DNA of 64,000 nucleotides from Planctomycetota bacterium (GTDB lineage: Bacteria > Planctomycetota > Phycisphaerae > Phycisphaerales > SM1A02), in NCBI GenBank assembly GCA_022566535.1, contig JADFIR010000001.1, positions 176,195 to 240,194 of the forward strand. Reading direction: 5' to 3'. Below are positions 46,721-55,010 of this stretch, piece by piece. The position numbers were made by a program, and so were the translations under genes. The notes beneath the pieces were generated by a model that saw only the letters and a list, made by a program, of their open reading frames with translations, was not told the origin of the DNA and did not search any database. How positions within the stretch are numbered: the stretch's first letter is position 1; the number at the start of each line of letters is the position of its first letter.

Positions 46721-47052
46721 AGCTCAGCTATGAAGATCATGAGACGATTACTGTGCTGACGATCAGTGGCGAGCTGACCATTGACCAGGCCGATGGATTG
46801 CGACGATCCTGTCAGGACCGGTTTACAGCCGGCATCCGCGATGTTGTGCTCAACATGGAGTACCTGACGTTCGTCGATTCGGCGGGGCTGGAGGCGTTGT
46901 TGTGGATCATCGACGAGGCCTCGGAGCGTGGCGGACAGCTCCGTCTCGTCAGTCCGGATGAGACGGTCCGCAAGATCCTCGAGATCACCCGGCTGGATAA
47001 ACGGTTCAACATTCACGACAGCATTGAATCCGCCGCAAAGAGTCTGCGCTGA
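46717..47052 (+). CDS. STAS domain protein (anti-sigma-factor antagonist fold)
   Basis: 111 aa with VLNMEYLTFVDSAGLEALL (conserved phospho-Ser context DSAG). ATGA overlap with the HD-GYP gene. Confidence 0.85.
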   Translation: MKLSYEDHETITVLTISGELTIDQADGLRRSCQDRFTAGIRDVVLNMEYLTFVDSAGLEALLWIIDEASERGGQLRLVSPDETVRKILEITRLDKRFNIHDSIESAAKSLR

Positions 47053-47053
47053 T

Positions 47054-48802
47054 ATGGACCAACGTACGATGAATCAGAAGGAAGGCACTCATTCAACTCT
47101 TGACGTCGGTCCATGGCTTCAGGTCGGCGAGGCGCTCATCGACAAGGGGTACATCACCGCCAAACAGCTTGACGAAGCCCTGGAGCACCAGGCCCAAAAG
47201 GGCCACAAGAAACTCCTGGGCGAAGTCTTGGTGGATCTGAACTTCGTCACCGACGAGCAAGTGATCGAGGTCCTGGCCGAGGGATATGGCGTGCCGTTTG
47301 TCACGCAGGCGGCCAAGATCGCTGATCCGAAGGTTGTTGAACTACTGCCGCGCGAATTTCTGGAAGAGCACAGCCTTCTGCCGCTGTTCCTCGTTCGGGA
47401 CGTGTTGACCGTCGCGGTCTCCGAACCCGCCAACCTGTTCTTGGTCGAAGAGATTCAACGACTGACCGGGCACGAGGTGCAGATTGTGGCGACGACCACC
47501 GCGGAGATCGAGGCGTCGCTGCAAGCGTATCTCCCGGCCGCCAACGTCTTCGTAATCGACGATATTTATGAAGATATTGATGACGCGGACTTCAGCATCA
47601 TCGAGAAACAGGTCACCGAACTTGCGGACCTGGAGGAGGTCGCCGGCCGGAGTCCCGTGGTCAAGCTGGTGAACTACCTGATTTTTTCGGCGGTGCAGGA
47701 CGGAGCATCAGACATCCACATCGAACCCGATGATCACCGTCTTCGCGTCCGTTACCGTGTTGACGGGCGTTTGTTTGAAAAGCTCTTGCCGCCCTATCAG
47801 ATGCACGCGGCGATCACCAGCCGTATCAAGATCATGTCCAACCTCGATATCTCCGAGCGGCGTCTTCCACAGGACGGCGACATCCACACGTTGATGGAGG
47901 GCCGGCCGATTGATCTCCGAGTCTCCACCATGCCGGGAAAGTTCGGCGAGAAGGTGGTCATCCGCATCATCGATCATCGAACCTCCATTGTCTCGCTGGA
48001 CAAGCTCGGCTTCTCGCGCCAGATGTTCGAGGCATGGAAGGAGGTAGTCCGTCAGCCCAACGGTGTCGTGTTGGTGACCGGTCCGACCGGCTCGGGCAAA
48101 TCGACGACGCTGTATTCCGTGCTCAGTCTGCTGAACTCCGATGAGCTGAACATCTCCACGGTCGAAGATCCTATCGAAGCGAGCATCCCCGGCATCAACC
48201 AAACGCAGGTACACGAGAAGGCGGGATTCACCTTCGCGGCGGCGATGCGATCGATGCTGCGGCAAGACCCCGACATCATGATGGTGGGGGAGATTCGCGA
48301 CGGGGAGACCGCCTCCGTGACCACTCAGGCGGCCCTGACGGGACATCTGGCTTTCTCCACCCTCCACACGAACGACTCCCCCAGCGCGGTCACCCGGTTG
48401 ATCAACATCGGCATTGAGCCCTATCTGGTTGCGGCGACACTTCGCGGCGTCCTCGCCCAAAGGTTGGTTCGCAAAATCTGCCCCCATTGCAAGGAGTCCT
48501 ACGAACCTGATCAAGCGATCCGAGAGGCGGTGGAGCATTACTGTGGCACGGTCGAATGTCTCTACCGCGGACAGGGCTGCACCCGCTGCCGGGGAACGGG
48601 CTTTGCCGGGCGGATCGGCATCTTCGAGCTGATGATTCCAGATGAGATTCTGCTTGCGGCCATTGCCAGAGGCGCAACCCTCCAGGAGCTGAGGGAAATG
48701 CTTGCCAAAAACGGTTTCGTCACCCTGCGAGCGGACGGTATGGAAAAGGTACAGGGTGGGCTTACCACTGCTGGGGAGGTCTTCTACGTCACCAGCATGT
48801 GA
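47054..48802 (+). CDS. GspE/PilB-type secretion/pilus assembly ATPase with T2SSE_N (MshEN-like) N-domain
   Basis: Walker A VTGPTGSGKSTTLYS, Asp/His boxes, tetracysteine CPHC...CTRC. The ATG lies 1 nt after the STAS stop. Confidence 0.95.
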   Translation: MDQRTMNQKEGTHSTLDVGPWLQVGEALIDKGYITAKQLDEALEHQAQKGHKKLLGEVLVDLNFVTDEQVIEVLAEGYGVPFVTQAAKIADPKVVELLPREFLEEHSLLPLFLVRDVLTVAVSEPANLFLVEEIQRLTGHEVQIVATTTAEIEASLQAYLPAANVFVIDDIYEDIDDADFSIIEKQVTELADLEEVAGRSPVVKLVNYLIFSAVQDGASDIHIEPDDHRLRVRYRVDGRLFEKLLPPYQMHAAITSRIKIMSNLDISERRLPQDGDIHTLMEGRPIDLRVSTMPGKFGEKVVIRIIDHRTSIVSLDKLGFSRQMFEAWKEVVRQPNGVVLVTGPTGSGKSTTLYSVLSLLNSDELNISTVEDPIEASIPGINQTQVHEKAGFTFAAAMRSMLRQDPDIMMVGEIRDGETASVTTQAALTGHLAFSTLHTNDSPSAVTRLINIGIEPYLVAATLRGVLAQRLVRKICPHCKESYEPDQAIREAVEHYCGTVECLYRGQGCTRCRGTGFAGRIGIFELMIPDEILLAAIARGATLQELREMLAKNGFVTLRADGMEKVQGGLTTAGEVFYVTSM

Positions 48803-48813
48803 TGGGAGGGGCG

Positions 48814-50058
48814 ATGCCTGCGCAAAGCACATACACCTACAAGGCTCGGGACAGCAGCGGCGCCGTCGTCACCGGGTCGATGGTTGCCTCCAGTGCCGAC
48901 GATGTCAGTGCTCGCCTCCGAGCCGAGGGCAGCTTCGTCTTCGAAGTCGAAGAAAACCCAATGCGGGCGGTCCCCGAGTTGGATGAACAGCAGATTCGCC
49001 GCAGCGAGGCCTCTAAGAGCGTCAAACGAGAGGACGTCATTGGTTTCTGTCAGCAGTTGTCAGTGATGCTCGACACCGGCGTCCCGCTCGCTGAAGCGCT
49101 CGATTCATTCTGCCAGCAGACGCCTCGAAAGGAATTCCGCGGAGTTCTTGAGGTGCTCCGCGACGACATCCACAGCGGCGAACCGCTGTCAGCGGCTGCG
49201 GCGAAGTGGCCGCGCGTCTTCCCAGGGATGATGATTAGCCTGATGCGAGCCTCCGAAGCATCGGGAACCATGGCCACGATGTTGGGGCGAGTCGGTGATT
49301 ACCTCGCCAAGGAACGCCGCACGGCCAAGCAGATTAAAGGAGCCCTGAGCTACCCGATCTTCATGATGATCTCGGGTATCGCGATGACGGTGTTCCTGAT
49401 GTCGTTCGTGTTGCCTCGCTTTGCCAGAATCTACGACCAGCGAGCAGCCACGCTCCCGACGCCGACCAGGATTCTGCTGGGTCTTAGTGAGTTCGTTACC
49501 ACGCAGTACATGTGGTACGGCCCGGTCTTGACGGCCGTCGTCGTCGCGCTGGTCATTTGGGTCAAAAAGCCGTCCGGCCGACGTGTGTGCGACTGGATCC
49601 GCCTCCATTGTCCCGGCGTGCGAGGGATGTTCGGCCACTTGTACATCACCCGGACGACGAGGACCATGGCCACGTTGATGGCGGCCGGCGTCAATCTCCT
49701 GGACATCATCGACATCTGCCGGGGAGTCACGGGCAACGTCTATTACGCTGACCTGTGGGATTCCATGGAGGACGGAGTTCGAAAGGGCCAGCAGATCAGC
49801 GACGCGACCTTCGCCTGTTCGTTCATTCCGCCCAATGTCTCCTCGATGATCGCCGCCGGCGAGCGGTCCGGCCAACTCAGTAAGGTCATGGAGCGGATCG
49901 CGGAGTTCAGCCAGGAAGAGCTTGATTCCACGGTCAGGCAGGTCACCGCCTTCATTGAGCCGGTGATGATCATGTGTATGGGCGTGGTCATCGGTGGCCT
50001 CGCCCTGGCGCTACTGCTGCCGATCTTCAGCATGGGCAAGGTCATGGCCGGCGGATAA
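48814..50058 (+). CDS. GspF/PilC-type inner-membrane platform protein
   Basis: Two-fold repeated T2SSF architecture with 3 TM segments. ATG at 48814 is preceded by GGGAGGGG; the ORF opens at 48799. Confidence 0.9.
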   Translation: MPAQSTYTYKARDSSGAVVTGSMVASSADDVSARLRAEGSFVFEVEENPMRAVPELDEQQIRRSEASKSVKREDVIGFCQQLSVMLDTGVPLAEALDSFCQQTPRKEFRGVLEVLRDDIHSGEPLSAAAAKWPRVFPGMMISLMRASEASGTMATMLGRVGDYLAKERRTAKQIKGALSYPIFMMISGIAMTVFLMSFVLPRFARIYDQRAATLPTPTRILLGLSEFVTTQYMWYGPVLTAVVVALVIWVKKPSGRRVCDWIRLHCPGVRGMFGHLYITRTTRTMATLMAAGVNLLDIIDICRGVTGNVYYADLWDSMEDGVRKGQQISDATFACSFIPPNVSSMIAAGERSGQLSKVMERIAEFSQEELDSTVRQVTAFIEPVMIMCMGVVIGGLALALLLPIFSMGKVMAGG

Positions 50059-50125
50059 GCGGGGAAGGCATCAAGGCACCAAGGGACGAACGGACGGAGG
50101 GATCGGAGCGCGACGAAGTCCCTAG

Positions 50126-50145
50126 CCGCGGGTGGAAACCCGCGG
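50126..50145 (+). terminator. hairpin CCGCGGGT-ggaa-ACCCGCGG after the platform gene
   Basis: 8-bp perfect stem 68 nt after the stop. No clear U-tract. Confidence 0.35.
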
Positions 50146-50282
50146 GCGTGCCACCTTGTTGCTTTCGCTCTGCGGCGAGCAGGCTAAGCCTTGGAGGACT
50201 GGACGCACCGAGACCCCGTGCTGACGTGCGCGGCTCGTCAAATCGCTAGACTTGAGCCGCAACCGCCTGAGAGTTTACCTGA

Positions 50283-50786
50283 ATGCCTGCGCCGAAACGT
50301 GATTTTTCAGGGATCGCTACGGGCCTGGTCCCGACCAGCTCCCGCCAACAACGCATGTGCGGGGTGGTTGATGCGCTGTGGGAGACGCTACACGACAAGG
50401 GTGTGTCGTGGGTCGGCTTCTATCTCGATCAGCCGGGCGAGCCGGACGATCAGCGGCTCGTGCTGGGACCGTGCCGGGACAAACCCGCCTGTTCACCGAT
50501 CGGCTTGCATGGCGTGTGCGGTCAGGCCTTGCGGTTCCGCACGACACGTATTGTCCGGGACGTGCGCGAGCTCGGTGATGACTACGTCGCTTGTGATCCC
50601 CGCGACCGGTCGGAGATCGCGGTGCCGTTGATCGACGAAACCGGTGCTGCCTGGGCCGTCCTTGACCTCGATTCGCACGAAATTGCGGCATTTGACGACT
50701 CCGATGAGCGCGGCCTGCGACGTGTGCTTGAGGCGGCGGAGTTGTTGCCGGGAGCAGGGGAACCCCCCGGCGGAGCCGGGGGCTGA
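50283..50786 (+). CDS. GAF domain protein, free methionine-(R)-sulfoxide reductase-like
   Basis: WVGFYL, HGVCGQA and VACDPRDRSEIAVPL match the fRMsr/YebR-type GAF pattern as I recall it. Confidence 0.7.
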   Translation: MPAPKRDFSGIATGLVPTSSRQQRMCGVVDALWETLHDKGVSWVGFYLDQPGEPDDQRLVLGPCRDKPACSPIGLHGVCGQALRFRTTRIVRDVRELGDDYVACDPRDRSEIAVPLIDETGAAWAVLDLDSHEIAAFDDSDERGLRRVLEAAELLPGAGEPPGGAGG

Positions 50787-50799
50787 GGGGGAGCCCGTC

Positions 50800-52551
50800 T
50801 CATGTTTGACAGAGCCGTACGTCGCGCAGCTCCGCTTCGACGTTCGTGCGGCCGTTGTAGGTGTTGACCTTGGGCTCGATGATCGCGTCGAGGCACATGC
50901 CCGCAGCGAGATCAGCCGCGAGCGCGCCCGCGTTCCACCACACGCAGCGCAGCCACCGGCGACCGGTCGGCTCGTCCTGGCGCAGACTCAAGGCTAGATG
51001 CCGACCGTTGGCGCCGATCTGCCTTGGCGGTCCGGCAAGCGTTGCGCTGCGAATGCGAAGCGTCGGTCTGGGGTTGGCTCGCCCGAATGGTGACAGCAAC
51101 GCGATTCGCCTGACTGTCTCGAGATCAAGCTCGCCAAGCGAGGCATCGCAATCGATGCGGACGGTGGAGGTCAGTTGCTCGACAGTGATATGGCAGTTGG
51201 CATGCTCGGTGAGGGCTTCGGTGAAGGCTGCCAGATCAACGGCGCGAAGCGTCAGCCCCGCCGCGACGTCGTGTCCGCCGTAGCTCGTGAGGTGTTTGGA
51301 GGTGGCGGCCAGCCCGTCGTGGATGGAGTAGCCGTCGATGCTGCGAGCCGATCCCTTGCACACGTCGCCTCGTCGATGCAGCAGGACCACCGGCCGGCAG
51401 AACCGTTCAACCAACCGCGAGCAGACGATGCCCACCACGCCCGCGTGCCACGATTCATCAGCCAACACAATCGCGCGCCGATCATCGGCTGTCATGCCTG
51501 CGTCCTCGGCCATCCGCGCCGCCTGCTGGAGGATGTTCCGCTGGGTCTGTTGACGCTGACGATTGTCGCGCGCCAGTTGCTTCGCAATCACCTCCGCCTC
51601 CTGGTGTGTGGCAGCGGTGAGCAGGTGAGCGGCTTCGGCGGCATGGCCCATTCGCCCGGCTGCGTTGAGGCGGGGAGCGAGCACGAACCCGACCTTCTCC
51701 GAATCGATGTCCTCGTGCATCAGGTCCGACGCTTCGATCAAGGCGCGGAGCCCGACGATCGGAGTGTGCTTGATCCATCGGAGTCCAAACGCCGCGATGG
51801 TTCGATTCTCATCGACCAGCGGCGCCACATCAGCGATCGTTCCCAGCGCAGCCAGCGGAAGCATGTCCAGCAGCACCTTCTGCACCGACTCGCCCACGCG
51901 CCGTGATCCGCACCAGATCGTCGCAAACCGCCACGCAAGCTTGAACGCGATGCCCGCTCCGCAAAGCTCGCCGAAGGGATACTCGCTTCCCGGCAGCCGG
52001 GGGTGAACCACCGCGATCGCGTCCGGCAACGGGCCGCCCGAGTCGGGAAGGCTGTGGTGATCGGTGATGATCAGATCCAGACCGATCTCGCGGGCCACCC
52101 TGGCCGGCTCCAACGCCGTGATCCCACAATCGACGGAGATCACCAGGTCGGCGCCGTCGGCTCGAAGCTGCCGCAGCGCCTCGCTGTTCAGACCGTAGCC
52201 TTCATCCAATCGATGAGGGATGTAGGTGCGCAGATCGACCTGCGGGGCTATGGCCTTGATAACGTGGTAGAGGATGGCGCAAGCGGTGATCCCATCGACA
52301 TCGTAGTCGCCGTAGATCACGATCGATTCGTGTCCCCGGACCGCCTCGGCCAGCCGGGTGGCAGCCGTGTCGATGTTCGGCATCAACTCCGGCTCGTGCA
52401 GGTCGGTCAGCTTGGGTTCGCAGAATCGGCGAATCGCCGCGGCCTCGGTCAGCCCTCGAGCGTGAAGCACGCGCTGAACCAGCGGGATCGTATCCCCCCG
52501 GCGCACCTCGGCTGGATTGCGAAAGACCCACCTTCGGGTCATTCCTCGCAT
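50800..52551 (-). CDS. recJ: single-stranded-DNA-specific exonuclease RecJ
   Basis: DHH motifs VIYGDYDVDGITA, VDCG and LIITDHHS, with a DHHA1-type C-terminal part. Start trimmed (MRGMTRRW); the ORF opens at 52818 and would overlap adk. Confidence 0.9.
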   Translation of the reverse strand: MRGMTRRWVFRNPAEVRRGDTIPLVQRVLHARGLTEAAAIRRFCEPKLTDLHEPELMPNIDTAATRLAEAVRGHESIVIYGDYDVDGITACAILYHVIKAIAPQVDLRTYIPHRLDEGYGLNSEALRQLRADGADLVISVDCGITALEPARVAREIGLDLIITDHHSLPDSGGPLPDAIAVVHPRLPGSEYPFGELCGAGIAFKLAWRFATIWCGSRRVGESVQKVLLDMLPLAALGTIADVAPLVDENRTIAAFGLRWIKHTPIVGLRALIEASDLMHEDIDSEKVGFVLAPRLNAAGRMGHAAEAAHLLTAATHQEAEVIAKQLARDNRQRQQTQRNILQQAARMAEDAGMTADDRRAIVLADESWHAGVVGIVCSRLVERFCRPVVLLHRRGDVCKGSARSIDGYSIHDGLAATSKHLTSYGGHDVAAGLTLRAVDLAAFTEALTEHANCHITVEQLTSTVRIDCDASLGELDLETVRRIALLSPFGRANPRPTLRIRSATLAGPPRQIGANGRHLALSLRQDEPTGRRWLRCVWWNAGALAADLAAGMCLDAIIEPKVNTYNGRTNVEAELRDVRLCQT

Positions 52552-52659
52552 GATGGCAGACCATACTTCTTGCTGGGCCGGGCTGCCAGTCGGGGGTAAC
52601 TTTGCACCGAGCCCGATCCCGGCCATACTGGCCGCTTCCCGACGGGTCCGTGGAGACCA

Positions 52660-53280
52660 ATGATGCCAGGCCGGTACAAGAGCGTCCTCCTCTTCGGCGC
52701 CCCAGGCGTGGGCAAGGGCACGCAGGGCAAACTGCTCGGCCGGATACCCGGCTTCGTGCACGTGGCCAGCGGCGAGATCTTCCGCGCTTTGGACAAAGAT
52801 TCCGAGTTGGGCCGGCAATCACTGAAGTACTCCTCCCAAGGCCTGCTCGTCCCGGACGACCTGACCATCGCCCTGTGGCGGAAGTACATGCAGTGCAGGA
52901 TCACTGAGCAGGCCTTCCGCCCCCCCACGGACCTTCTGGTGCTGGACGGTATCCCGCGCAATCTCAATCAGGCGAAGATCCTCGATCAGCACATCGAAGT
53001 GATGCGCATCATTCACCTCACAGCGCCGAACATCGATGAGATGGTCGAGCGCATGAAGCGCCGCGCCGTTCAGGAAGGCCGCCGCGACGATGCCGATGAA
53101 GCAATCATCCGCCGGCGGTTCGACGTGTACGACCAGGAGACGTCGCCCATGCTCGGCTATTATGAAACAAACCTCATCTGCGACGTGAGCGCGGTTGGCA
53201 GCCCCGCCGAGGTGTTGATGCACGTTCTTCAGGCCGTGGTGCCGACGTACCGCGAACACTTCGGCAACCCGCTGGGGTGA
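52660..53280 (+). CDS. adk: adenylate kinase
   Basis: P-loop LLFGAPGVGKGTQGKLL. Short-LID type. Confidence 0.9.
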   Translation: MMPGRYKSVLLFGAPGVGKGTQGKLLGRIPGFVHVASGEIFRALDKDSELGRQSLKYSSQGLLVPDDLTIALWRKYMQCRITEQAFRPPTDLLVLDGIPRNLNQAKILDQHIEVMRIIHLTAPNIDEMVERMKRRAVQEGRRDDADEAIIRRRFDVYDQETSPMLGYYETNLICDVSAVGSPAEVLMHVLQAVVPTYREHFGNPLG

Positions 53281-53284
53281 ATGT

Positions 53285-53989
53285 TCAGTTGGTGGGGTGC
53301 CTCCCCGCTGATTGCACTCTGCGAAGAAAGCCTTCGAGATCGGTGTAGTCCTTGACGACGGCTTGTGCGCCCTCCGCTAGGAGCCGTTGCGCTTGTTCAC
53401 CCTCTGCGACGCCGATGAAGCCGAGTCCGAGCGCCCGCGCGCTACGGGCGTCCCACACACCGTCGCCGACGTAGATTTGCACGTCAAACGAATCATCCTG
53501 ATGACGCGCCGCCGCACGCCTACTCGCGATACGAATGATTGCTTCTCGCGAAACGTCGTCGTCCGACGTGGCCAGCGGCAGGTCAAACACGTCTAGGCCG
53601 GATCGCCGCAGCTTCAATTCGGCGGATGCCCGCCAGCCTCCGGTTGCCAGCGCCGCGACGACATCGTCTCGGGCAATCAGGCGGTCGAGCATGGCCATTG
53701 CTCCCGGCGTCTGCAGGCATAATGATGCATCACGGTTCAGCGCCGCCGTGATCAGCGTGATGAATCGATCATGGAGTTGAGCAAGCAGCGCATCGGCCGC
53801 TGCGCCGGAATTGGCACGATCGACAAGCTCTGCGGCAATGCCGGCGTCGGTGACATGCCGGTATCTCGTCCAGTCGGTTTCCACTTCGTCCAGACCGAGC
53901 ACGTCCTTGACAGCCTGTATGTAACAGCATGCATCGACATGGTTCGTCTGCGTCAGTGTGCCGTCAATGTCGAAGATGACCAGTTGCAT
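53285..53989 (-). CDS. HAD-superfamily hydrolase
   Basis: Motif I LVIFDIDGTLTQT and motif IV YVGDGVWDARSA. Confidence 0.8.
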   Translation of the reverse strand: MQLVIFDIDGTLTQTNHVDACCYIQAVKDVLGLDEVETDWTRYRHVTDAGIAAELVDRANSGAAADALLAQLHDRFITLITAALNRDASLCLQTPGAMAMLDRLIARDDVVAALATGGWRASAELKLRRSGLDVFDLPLATSDDDVSREAIIRIASRRAAARHQDDSFDVQIYVGDGVWDARSARALGLGFIGVAEGEQAQRLLAEGAQAVVKDYTDLEGFLRRVQSAGRHPTN

Positions 53990-54472
53990 GGCGGGAGGTG
54001 GTCAGGCAGATCGAGGCAACCTCAGCGTGAACATCCTAGCGATGCCGCGCCACCTCTGGGATTCGGGTTCTTGGAGAGCGTCACTTGTTCTCGCGATTGC
54101 GCTGCGCTTCCGATCGACGGCGAGGTCGTGGCAGCGGCGCCAGGTTGGGCTCGACGAACTTCGTCGCGGCGTCCGGATGCATCCGCTGATCAGACGAGGG
54201 GAGAAAGGGGGGGATGGCAAACGGCACGAGAATCGTTGATTCCGGTCGGCGTTACACCGTCTCGCCGCCGGACGACTACCCGGCTTGTGGACAAGCCGGC
54301 TCGCTGGGGAAGCCCGGTTCAGATTCAATGGGGACTTCGATACGAAAGCTGTCAACTCGGCACCGGGGTTGGACGAGCCTAGTATTGATCAACGGTAGAC
54401 AACCCCCCGGGCAAGCCCGGGGCTATATGGCTGAAAGCTGACCGCCGACAGCTTCTCGCTCTTTGACATCTT

Positions 54473-54820
54473 GGGGCCGAAATGGATTCGACCGGACAGG
54501 ATACGCTTGTCGTTGCGCGTCGTGGAGCATCCTTGCCACGTAAAAAGGATGCACATTAATAATTGCTGACACTCAGTTAGCACTCGCCGCTTAATTGCGG
54601 TGACGATCATCGGCCCGACGCCCGATGAGGCTGGTGATCGAAGACATCGGGCTGGTTCCAAAGGGTTGACAGGCCCCGGCGGAACGAGAAAACCGTCTGT
54701 CATGGCGAGGTGAAACGCCGTCGTTCGCGGTTCACCGAGCCGAGATCAAATGAACGACTACACGTGTAGACGCGGCCTGCTGACTGTTCCGGCACGGGGG
54801 TTCGATTCCCCCCGGCTCCA
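54473..54820 (+). ncRNA. ssrA: tmRNA (SsrA), one-piece, CCA not encoded
   Basis: 5' GGGGCCGAAATGGATTCGACCGGACAGG. 3' T-arm GGGGGTTCGATTCCCCC and acceptor CGGCTCC-A pairing with GGGGCCG, including the G3:U pair. Internal tag frame GCT GAC ACT CAG TTA GCA CTC GCC GCT TAA (54565-54594) encodes ADTQLALAA. Confidence 0.85.
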
Positions 54821-55010
54821 TTCTTCTTCACTTGCGCAACCAGCCGCAGATCGTTGCAAGGCCCCGCACACAGCGGGGTTCCGCGCATTGTGAGCCATCC
54901 CACATCGAATTGATCTGCGGATAGGCTGCCCATTCACGAAGTGTACAAGAGGATTCCTTCTCTTTACGCTTTCTCGGATGTGCTCATAGCGTCTGGCAAG
55001 GGGAACTGAG

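Noticed and set aside
46928-47053. N-terminal extension of the ATPase ORF (GTG at 46928)
   Set aside because: It overlaps the STAS gene by 125 nt in another frame. The ATG at 47054, directly after the STAS stop, gives a normal GspE N-terminus.
52552-52818. Upstream extension of recJ to the first start at 52818
   Set aside because: It would overlap the divergent adk gene start (52660) by about 160 nt. The RecJ-like sequence begins around MRGMTRRW.
54510-54562. Alternative tmRNA tag frame ending in the double stop TAATAA (54557-54562)
   Set aside because: It would encode ...ARRGASLPRKKDAH, which is charged and lacks the hydrophobic C-terminal degron. The downstream frame giving ADTQLALAA-TAA fits the family.
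54389-54703. 104-aa minus-strand ORF
   Set aside because: It lies on top of the tmRNA gene.
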